A stretch of DNA of 64,000 bases. It comes from an uncultured Desulfobacteraceae bacterium. GTDB lineage: Bacteria > Desulfobacterota > Desulfobacteria > Desulfobacterales > UBA11574. This document shows positions 31,100 through 40,900 of the stretch, one piece after another. Location of the stretch: assembly GCA_964410925.1 (NCBI GenBank), contig CAYPIW010000017.1, positions 2,428 to 66,427 of the forward strand, in the 5' to 3' direction. Within the stretch, counting starts at the first letter, position 1, and each line of letters opens with the position of its first letter. The notes beneath the pieces are model-generated. The model was not told the origin of the DNA. It did not search any database and saw only the letters and a list, made by a program, of their open reading frames with translations. Both the position numbers and the translations under genes were made by a program.

Positions 31100-32089
31100 T
31101 TATAAGGATGCAACTCTCTCTATCACCGCTTTTTTCCGAAGCTCTTCAATGTACCCTTTGAGTTCTTTGCCTGTTTTTTCTTTTTTTAAATACTGACCGA
31201 TGTTATCCTTTGCGTCTACATAAGCCACAACCGATGCGGGTTTCTTATCCACAACTTTAATCAAATGGTATCCGAAACGCGTTTCAACGATATCGCTGAC
31301 TTCACCTGTTTTTAATGCAAATGCAGCATCTTCAAAAGGTTTCACCATGTTTCCGCGTCCAAAATAACCGAGATCCCCTCCTTTATTATTGCTCGGACAC
31401 TCTGAAAACTCTTTGGCGAGTACGGCGAAATCTTCCCCGCCCTTCAGCCTTTTTTGGATCTTTTGGAGTTTTGCCTTTTTTTCATCTTTTACGGACGGTT
31501 CGTCCTTGGAATCAATTTTAATTAAAATATGGCTGGCTCTCACCTGCTCGGATTTCTGGAAGGACTCTGGATGGGTATCGTAAAATGTCCTTATTTCCTG
31601 GTCAGGAATAACAACCAGAGCCCCAATCTGCGTATCAATAAGTTTATTGATAACCTGCCCGCGTTCAATGTCGGATTGAAGTTCAGCTTCAGTAAGTCCG
31701 GATTCAGCAATGACTTTTTTAAAATCAGCATCCGTGGCGAATCCTTTTTTGATCTGTTTAAGATCACTGGCAATGGCTTCGGGTTCAACCGTAATACCCT
31801 TTTCCTTGCTTTCCTGAAACAGCAGTTCTTCAGTGATCATGGTTTCAAGAACATCCGTTTTTATTTCAGCCAATCTATCATCGGAAATCTGCTGTCCTCT
31901 CCGCAACATATTCTGTTTTACCTGATGTAATTTCCGGTCAAAGTCGACTCTGGTAATCACGACTCCATTCACCACGGCCAGTTTCTCAACCATGGGTTCC
32001 TTTTCCTCTGAAAAGGCCGTAACCGCAGATAGCATTAGAAGCAATATTGCCCCGAAAATTAGAACCGGTATTTTGTTTAAAAGTCTCAT
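31100..32089 (-). CDS. Exported PpiC-type peptidyl-prolyl isomerase (PrsA/SurA-like)
   Basis: Signal peptide, ASHILI, GGDLGYF, FGYHLIKV. Confidence 0.9.
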   Translation of the reverse strand: MRLLNKIPVLIFGAILLLMLSAVTAFSEEKEPMVEKLAVVNGVVITRVDFDRKLHQVKQNMLRRGQQISDDRLAEIKTDVLETMITEELLFQESKEKGITVEPEAIASDLKQIKKGFATDADFKKVIAESGLTEAELQSDIERGQVINKLIDTQIGALVVIPDQEIRTFYDTHPESFQKSEQVRASHILIKIDSKDEPSVKDEKKAKLQKIQKRLKGGEDFAVLAKEFSECPSNNKGGDLGYFGRGNMVKPFEDAAFALKTGEVSDIVETRFGYHLIKVVDKKPASVVAYVDAKDNIGQYLKKEKTGKELKGYIEELRKKAVIERVASL

Positions 32090-32159
32090 TAAAACCCTCC
32101 TTCTTCAGTTGATGAATTCGCAACAGCAAAGATTCATCATGTTTTAGTTGCTGAGTTAT

Positions 32160-32530
32160 AAAGAATCCTGGTCCAAAAGACCAGGCTTTGTTTTATCCCC
32201 AGAGAAAATTTGCTTTGTTGGAAGTTCATTGACTTATTGAAATTCCAATTAACAAATCCCAAAAAATTTACCCTGTTAAATAATGCTTCGCATTAAATCT
32301 AAGATTTATTTAACAGGGCAGGCAAATAACAATGACCGAAATTCGAAAATCCAAACAATGTTTCGTCCTAAGAGGTTTTGGTTATTGAATATTGGAATTT
32401 GTGATTTATTTGTAATTTGGTGCTTGGAATTTGTGATTTTAGGTACAAAACTCCAAGGCAGAACCATATATCTCTTACTCCCGCAAAGCGGGAAAAGCTT
32501 GTCCTAAAGGAGCAGGCTTTTCAGGGCACA
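32160..32530. mobile_element. Triple-nested element: CCTGGTCCAAA.GACCAGG shell, TTGGAAT-type cargo, inner CCCTGTTAAATA palindrome
   Basis: Shell ends resemble 45458-45490 and 45722-45770; inner TIR ccctgttaaata / tatttaacaggg at about 32271-32318. Confidence 0.72.
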
Positions 32531-32587
32531 ATAAATATATAGTTTATGTCTTAGTGCCTGGTGGCAAATATTTTCAGGTTTAAAAAA

Positions 32588-33514
32588 TTACAGCGGGTGC
32601 TTTTTCAGAAAATTCTTAACCAGCGGAATAATTCTGACTGGCGCATCTTCGAGAACATAATGACCCGCATCTTTAAATACATGAACCTCTGCCTCCGGGA
32701 AACGGCGACGCCACTCGTCAAGGTATTGGAAATCAAAAACAAAATCATGCTCACCCCAGCAGATCAGCATAGGGATGCGGTTGAGTTTGAACAGGTTTTC
32801 ATCAACCGTCTTGACAAGGCCATAACTTGGATCCTTCCGCCTGACGGGAATATCCTGAACAAACTTTAAGGTTGCAATCCGGTTATTCCAACTGTTGTAA
32901 GGAGCGATGAGGCCCGACTTAACATCTTTATTCATTCCTTTGTAAGATGCCATGTAGAGCGCACCATAGACAAACAGATTAAATCCCTGCACCGCCAGGG
33001 TTGCGAACAGCGTGACATTCCGCACCAGCTTCAGCCTTATGGGAAGCGTTTTTCCCCTGGGCGGAAGAAAGGCGGCGGTATTCATAATCACGATTCGACC
33101 GATCCGTTGAGGGTATGTTACCGCATAGACCATACCGATCATCCCGCCCCAGTCATGAAGTACCAGTGTAATTTTCTCCTTAATCTCAAGATGTTCAAGA
33201 AAACTTTCCAAATCACGGACACGGCTTTTTAACCGGTAATCGTATTGTTTGATACCAGGCTTGTCAGACAGTCCGCATCCGATATGATCCGGCGCCAGGG
33301 AACGGTATCGGTCTGACAACTCCCGGATCAGCTCGCGAAAATAGAAAGACCATGTTGGATTTCCGTGAATCATAACAACAGGATCACCGGTTCCCTGGTC
33401 CAGGAAATGATATTTCAGACCGTTTATTTTCATGTAATGGGACGTAAACGGATATAGATGGCGAAAAGCAAGAGTATTAATTGGTCTGTTTTTTCCCATA
33501 TATTGAACATCCAA
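32588..33514 (-). CDS. oleB: OleB-like alpha/beta hydrolase (beta-lactone decarboxylase; haloalkane dehalogenase family)
   Basis: HGNPTWSFY, HDWGG, AGHYVLED; follows oleA; start likely at MGKN (about 33499). Confidence 0.8.
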   Translation of the reverse strand: MDVQYMGKNRPINTLAFRHLYPFTSHYMKINGLKYHFLDQGTGDPVVMIHGNPTWSFYFRELIRELSDRYRSLAPDHIGCGLSDKPGIKQYDYRLKSRVRDLESFLEHLEIKEKITLVLHDWGGMIGMVYAVTYPQRIGRIVIMNTAAFLPPRGKTLPIRLKLVRNVTLFATLAVQGFNLFVYGALYMASYKGMNKDVKSGLIAPYNSWNNRIATLKFVQDIPVRRKDPSYGLVKTVDENLFKLNRIPMLICWGEHDFVFDFQYLDEWRRRFPEAEVHVFKDAGHYVLEDAPVRIIPLVKNFLKKHPL

Positions 33515-33712
33515 CGCGGATAAACCGGAAAAGTGACTAAAGTGAACTAAAGTTTGAAGTGCCTAAAGTTAAAGTGTCGCTTCGCTCCATCTATTCATAT
33601 AAAATTGGTAGAATTCCATAATTTTAGGCATTTTAGATCACTTTAGATCACTTCACACTTTTTTTAAGTTTAGATTTTTTTGCCATAAAGCACACAAAAT
33701 TTAAAACTAAGC
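33510..33712. repeat. CCGGAAAAGT-shell element with AAAGTG cargo and GCTTCGC core
   Basis: Similar copies at 46785-47010 and inverted at 57875-58073. Confidence 0.8.
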
Positions 33713-33736
33713 AACAAATACCCAACATCCATATTT

Positions 33737-34777
33737 CTACCATTTTATTCCCAGCATCAGGCAATTCAAACCGCTGCCGATACCGAAAAAACCAACAAGA
33801 TCATTTTTAACCAGAAACTCCCGTTCCTCGGCGATTGCAGCCGTAATAGGAAGGGATACCGTTCCGATGTTACCGAGGTGTTTGAAGGTGGTAAAATCCT
33901 TGTCTTCCGAAATCCCGATAGATTCGAGTATATTTCTTTGATGGGTTGCGCCCACCTGATGGCAAATCACCTTGTCCGGCTTATCATCCGGCCAGGATAG
34001 TTTTTTCTTAAACGCGGTGTAGGTTTCTATTCCCAGGGCCACACCGTGCCGTAGAACGCCTACGGAATCTGTCTGCATGACATGAAGCCCGCTGGCCGGA
34101 ATGCCGGTATCCGGGCCCCACCGGCACAGCTTATGATGTCCGGTCGCACTTCTTACAACCCCTCCCAAAAGACGATGGCCCGTATGGGAAACAGATGCCT
34201 GGGTCAAAAGTACGGCCACAGCCCCCGATCCTCCGGTCAATGTGGCCACGGTCTTCTTGAAATGATCCATATCTTTGTTTTCCAAAAGACGGTCAATGGT
34301 AAAATCCATAACCTGTCTTGCGGACTCGCAGGACACCACAAGACCGGCCTTAATCTGTCCGAGTTCTATTGCATTTGCAACCTGGATCATCCCGTTTAAG
34401 ACCCCCAGGCAGGCATTCGAAACATCGCAAACCTGAGTTTCCGGCCCCAGTCCCAGACTGTGGGATGTGGCGCAGGCGGTTGCGGGTTCTAAATTGTCCC
34501 TGCAAACACCACCATATACCAGCATGCCAATATCTTCGGGAGAAATCATGGAAGCATTCAGGGCTTTTTGTCCGGCTTTTGCGGCGCCTTCATACATGGC
34601 AAATCCCGGATCCCAAAACCTTCGCTCCCGGATTCCGGTTAATGCCTCCAGTTGTCCCTTTTGAAAATGCAGGGCCTTGTATAAGGGTTCAAGTCTTTTT
34701 TCAAGGTCATCTGATGTCACCACATTGGGAGGCAGTTCATATCCAAATGAATCAATATACACCTTATTATATAACAT
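33737..34777 (-). CDS. oleA: OleA thiolase-fold condensing enzyme
   Basis: LTGIRERRFW, EPATA, DVSNACLG, ATLTGGSGA, CHQV, GIGSGLNC. Confidence 0.88.
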   Translation of the reverse strand: MLYNKVYIDSFGYELPPNVVTSDDLEKRLEPLYKALHFQKGQLEALTGIRERRFWDPGFAMYEGAAKAGQKALNASMISPEDIGMLVYGGVCRDNLEPATACATSHSLGLGPETQVCDVSNACLGVLNGMIQVANAIELGQIKAGLVVSCESARQVMDFTIDRLLENKDMDHFKKTVATLTGGSGAVAVLLTQASVSHTGHRLLGGVVRSATGHHKLCRWGPDTGIPASGLHVMQTDSVGVLRHGVALGIETYTAFKKKLSWPDDKPDKVICHQVGATHQRNILESIGISEDKDFTTFKHLGNIGTVSLPITAAIAEEREFLVKNDLVGFFGIGSGLNCLMLGIKW

Positions 34778-34928
34778 GTAACGTCCCGTAACTTCTATCC
34801 AGTTATAAGCAAATACCTAAAGCAAGTTATTCCATTACTCCATTCTTCCAATGGCAATCGAGATCCTCGGTTTACCTCTTTTTAAGTCCCGCTTTATGCG
34901 GGACGTTGTATAAAATCGCAAAGCGATT

Positions 34929-37900
34929 TTATCTCGGAATTAAGCGAAAACCGAAATTTTCCATTTGATAAATATACAGCCCGTCGACTTTCAGAAATCC
35001 GTTTGCATATAGGGTAGGAACCGGTGTGTTCATCATTTTAGTTACCACGGCTTCCACTTCAACCGTTTTATTTTCCGGAATCACTTGACCCCGGTAAATC
35101 CAGTTATGCGGCTCCCCGGTAATCAGCTCAAATCGGTGACTGTCAACCAGATGCTCCCAACGATCGATGGCCATGAACTTGACCAGTTGAAGGAACGATT
35201 CTATTCCCAAAGAACCCGGCCATACGGGGTCCTGGTAAAAATGAGCCTTGAAGAACCACTCATCCGGTCTGACTTGTTTTACCCCTCGAATAAAACCCAG
35301 CCCTTGAGGGCCTCCGGTCCGAACGTAAGTTTCAATCCTGTCGATCATGCGAAGCGCTGTTGCCGGCATTGCCAGAGAAGGAGCCGGATGAACCTCAGGA
35401 TCATCCGGATGAAGTGGGGACTGGTCTTCAAAGTTGCAGGAGCGGCTCCCCTCCAGCTCAGCCGCTGCGGAACAATAGGCTTGCTGATCCGCCCCCCGGA
35501 TGCCGATCTGCCGGGCCAGGGCCTGTCTGGTGAAAAAACCGAAGTATGTATCTCCCGAATAAATTATTTCAGCATCCTGCAACACCTTAAAATCAAAATG
35601 TTCGATAATCATCTCCCCGGCTTCGGAAACTTTTGTCATCCGGACACGCATGGATAATTTATTTTTGTCCGGTAAAATCATACGATTCAACACGGCATTC
35701 CCGCCGAGATTTCTGAATTTCAGATCTTTATCACTGTGAAGGGCAGACCCCAGATAGGCGGCCATCCATCCGCACGGTTGCAGGGCGATCTCGAGCAATA
35801 CGCAAAAGGGCATGCAAGAAGATCGGTCTGCTTTAAAATACCATTCATCAGGCGACATCTCATATTCGGCTTCTATCCATCCGTCCGGTTTTAATGTCCA
35901 TGCTTCGGGCTCAATGCTGACAATTCTGTCCAAAAAGGAATATGGCGGTCCCGGAAGTCTGGCAATGATTCTGTCTTTGTCAAATATTTTATACGGGTCA
36001 CCGAATGCCACGGAAGGTTTGCCAACGGCAAATGCCAGTATTTTGTCCCGGTCAAAAAGTGCCGGTTTCCGGATACACGACTCCGGATGCTGCAGACTGG
36101 CTGCTGGTTGCTGGATGCCGGATACTGGTTGCTGGATACTGGATATCGCTGTTTTTTCTCCATCCCCTGATCCCTGATCCCTGCCCCCTGACACCTGACA
36201 CCTGAAACCTGACACCTGAAACCCGTCCTCCACCCTCTGATCCCTGAACCCTGATCCCTGAACCCTGAACCCCTTCTTCTCCCACACTTCTTCTATCTCT
36301 TCACGGACAATGCCTGTCATCTTCATGGACATATCCTTAAACAATACGATCCGTTCCCCGTCCGCATACATGAGCGCATCTGCAGTTACATAAGGTTCCG
36401 GAGCATACCCGAGTTCTTTTATCTCCACTTCATACCAGACATGCCGGGTTTCCGGAGTAACCGGCCCCCGGCATTTGAGCACACTCTCAACCCCCACAAC
36501 CGGTTCATAGCAGGTCCCGGGCTTTGCCGTTACCCATCCCATACGCTGAAGAAATACTCGGAGCGCATGGGCACAGCATTCATACATCAGGGTTCCGGGC
36601 ATGACCCTGTCATCCATGAAATGACAGGTCAGGAACCAGTCATCCGGATGGATGTCCGCTTCTGCCCGGATCCGGCCCAGTCCGTAACGCCCGCCCTCGG
36701 GTTCAAGGATCAGAATCCGGTCTATCAGTTTCATCCTCCCGCCCGGCAACCTGAGCGATTCGGCAAGTTCGATTCCATGAAAAAAAGAGCCGAAACACCC
36801 TGCAAGATCGCCGCGTCTCAATGCTTCTATGGCATCATCCGTGTAGCTTTCCGTGGTAACCGGAACAGGGGTTCTCCAGTCGGAGGGCTTTTTCCCCGCC
36901 CTGGGACGGATATCTTCCTCGGTTAAAATAATTCCTCCTGAATTTTGCACTTCTTCATGGGTAAAAAACCCGGCACATCCGTTATGCATGCTGATCAGGC
37001 GGCTGTTCCCGACACAGCCTTCAAACCGGAAAAAGAAAAGATACGTATCCCCCTGGCGTACAAAATGGTCAATATGGATCTCGTAGCGAATAACATCCCC
37101 CGGCCGGGGAAGTCCCCGGTGGAATTTAACCACCGCATCCAGGAGGCGGTAACTCCTTTTTCCTTTAACCGCATGGTCGATGCCCAGATACGAGCATAAA
37201 AAAAGATCGGACTGACCGGCTTCGACCGATATGCACACCGGAGCACGTCCGCCGTCTAAATACCACGCATCGGGCAGTACATCATGTTCCGTAACCACCC
37301 GGCCCGAACCCAAAGACCTTTTTTCACCTTCCACCGAAATAATTCTGTCCACAAGCATGAGGGGTTCATCCGGCAGCCGAACCCTTACGTTGTAAGTATC
37401 CACCACTGCAAACTCCGGCCCCAGCACGCGAGCAACCGAACCGATGGCAAACTCCAGACACATGCTGCGGTTGAAAGCCGGTTGGACCGGTCCCGTAATT
37501 TTTTCTATTTGTTCTCTGTTGTTAACTTCCGGCTCTCCTTCCGAAAAAGTTTTGTCTGAAATCATGCTCTCAATAAGACGCGTCTGTATGCCAAAGGTTT
37601 TTTCAAAACTTCTGGTTAACTCATCTGAAAAATCAAGAAAGGTCTTATGAGTATCGGCCGTAGCTTTATTGCTTTCCGCCATAGCCTCCATAATTTCTTG
37701 ATACCGGATACCGGATACTGGATGCTGGTTACCGGAGATCGGTCTTTTTCCTCTGTTCTCCGTCCTCTGTCTTCTGTCCTCTGTACTCTGCCCTCTCTCC
37801 CCTGACACCTGAAACCTGACACCTGAAACCTGTCTTCCCTCTTCCGACCTCTGCCCACCCCGTAGGTCCGGAAGATCGTACCGGGGTCCTCCGCCCTCTG

Positions 37901-40900
37901 ACCTCTGAGTTCTGCTCTCTGTCCCAGGCATGGACGGACACGGTATTTTTCCACCCACCCTCAGCGTTATCTGATGAACTGGTTTTTCATCTATAATTTC
38001 AGTGATACCTGGGGCGTATGCAGGGTTTCCGTATAATTTTTCAAGATCCACCCACACCCTTTCCGCAATCAGCGTCCCCAGAAACTTAACCACGGAAAGA
38101 TAGTCGTCTTCACCGCGAACGCATGCAGAAACTGCGAGGTGAGGCTTTTGATCGAGAATCCGGGTGATCATACCGGTGCAGGACGCATGTGGGCCCATTT
38201 CAAGAAAAATTCGGATACCGTCCTGATAGGCCTGCTTTATCAATGTGGTGAAGTTAAAACCGGAAATGGCTTGATCCAGAATTGAGGCCGCAGCGCTTTC
38301 ATCCGTGGGAGTGCAGGAGCGAGCAAGCGCACAGCTGTAAAACCGGATACCTTTTGGGGGAGTGCAGGGAAACAGGTGAAGCTTTTTGTAAGCGTCCGCC
38401 ACCGGAGCCGCTGCATCACAGTGAACCGTGACCACCCCTTCGAGAAACACAGCCTCACAGCCGAGTTCCTCGATGGCACCCTTTACATGGCTTTGCCTGC
38501 CGCCGATGACACATTGATCAGGGGTATTAACAATCAAAAGTTTTGTAAAAGGCCATTTGTCGATAACCGTGCGAACGGTATTCTCCGGGCGATTTACAAC
38601 CGCAGCGCTCCAGTTTATATCTTCATCCATGGGGATTCCCCATGCTTTGTGAGCCGCAGTGCAGGGTCCGGCGAGCTGGGTAGTGAACAAATCAGTGGCA
38701 AGCATTCGTCTTAACATGCTGTCCCGGTCCGGCCAGGCCCCCATGGCAAAAAGTGCCGCGGATTCTCCAAGGCTGTACCCGATAGCCGCATGGGGAAGTA
38801 TACCGAAACTTTTTACCAGATTGGCCATAACCCCGCCGTGAACCACTTGGCCGAAGATCATATGCAAGGGATTCGAAATGATGGTGTCATGGGCCGCTTT
38901 TTCCCAGCCCGGTTCCCATGAGGTTCTCCACGGTACGTAACAGTCCGGGATAAGCTGGCGCTTTAATTGATGGGTCGCCGCATCCATTTCGCGAAGAATT
39001 TCCGGCCAGAGCACTCCCACGCCTCTGCCCATTCCAACATAATGGTTTCCCGACCCGGGAAAGACAAATGCGACCTCACCGGTCATACCCAAAGGATGGG
39101 GAGAATAACGGATACCTCCCGGACCGTTCATGCGTCTGGGTGTATCAGACTCAATCGCCTGTTGAGCGTCACGGATACCTTTCTCCAGTTCAAAGACAGT
39201 GTCTGCAACCAGGGATACGGCAAATTTTTTATTCTTATCCAATCCGTTTTTAAGATACCAGGACCGGGCTACCGGTTCGATCTTTCGATTTGTTGCCAAA
39301 CCTTCTTCTGACGACAAAGCAACCGGGTACGGCCGGTTTGATGAAGTTTTGATATAAAGATGAAGTGTGTCAAGACCTTTGATCAAACTGTTTTTACTGT
39401 CTCCTTCAACCACAAAAAGTCCCGGCGCCATAAAACCAAGGGGTCTTTTTTTTTCCTGTGTTATTTTTTGAGGTATCCGGTCAATGGATTCATATTCAAC
39501 GCTTTCGAGGATGACATGCATGCAGTTGCCGTCCGTTGTCATGGCGCCGGTGCATGCCCTGCGGGGACCGTCTTTTCGGTCTCTAAGCCAGTATTGCGGA
39601 AAAGCAGGCATATGAAATGCGCCGGTTTGCCAGGATGGATCGCCGGGTATTATAAAATTAGTCAGGGGAGGAATGATCTCATGGTACAGACACAGGCTGG
39701 TTTTAACTAACGACGCCAGTCCGGCGGCAGCTCCGGCATGCCCGATGTTCGGTTTTACGGACCCGATGGCGCACGGTTCTTTTCGGCCTGCAAAAAACTC
39801 GTTAAGGGCTTGTGATTCGACTTGATCTTCCAAAGGATTGCCACTGCCGTGAGTTTCAAAATAACTTATCAAAGACGCTGAAATACCGGCATCCTCAACG
39901 CATCGTTTCAGGGACAGACTATAGGCGTTTTTTGACGGCCTGTGGGTGGTAATCCCCCCCCAACCGGCTTTTCCGATTCCCCTGATAACAGAATATATTC
40001 TGTCGCCATCCCTTATTGCCCGGTCAAGTCTTTTGAGAACCACAGCCGCAGCACCTTCGCCGGGAAGCGTTCCATCCGCCGACCGGTCAAAGGGACTTAT
40101 GGTGTGACTTCGGGTAAACGGTCTTATCTGATGGGATGTGATCACACTGCGAACATCACCGCAAAGATCAACCGCTCCCACAAGAACGGCACTGGTTTCT
40201 TTTTGCTGCAGGGATCGCACTCCGATTTCAAGAGCCTTCAGACCGGAGGCCGATTCATTGGATACCACATAGCTCGGACCTCCGAAACGAAATTCTCTGG
40301 CGATCCTGCTGGCAATAACTCCGCCGAGGGCGCCCAGGGTTCGGGTGGCGGTAAGGGGCGGTCCAAATGCATCCCGTAACGATTCCAGCCAGACGCGGGT
40401 TTCTTTCTCATCCTTAAGAGTTAATCCCGGTCGGTTCTCTTTTTTCCAGTTCCGAACTAAATTATGCAGGTGCCAGCGGAGATGAAAATCCGTAGCTTCA
40501 AAGTCAAATTCCATGCCGATGCAGGCCCCCATGTCCGCTCGTTCTTGTCTCAGGGGAAAACCGGCGTCTTTCATGGCGTCGGCCGAAACTTTGAGCATCA
40601 AAAGATGCTGGAGAAGGATATCCGGAATTTCGTTGGGGGGTATTCGAAACTCTCTGAGATTAAGAGAGAGTTCATTCATGTATCCCCCCCAGGCTCCCTG
40701 TCCGTCAAGAATACCCTCGGCAATCGTGTCACACCCGTTCCACCGGTTTTCAGGCCTTTTTGTGATGATGGATTCTCCTCTGAAAACGGTTTCCTGAAAC
40801 GCTTTCAGGGATGTTAAGGGGCCGAAAGCGGATGCCATGCCAATAATTGCTACAGGGGAATTTGTAATTGACGATTGATGGTGGATTGATGATTGATGAT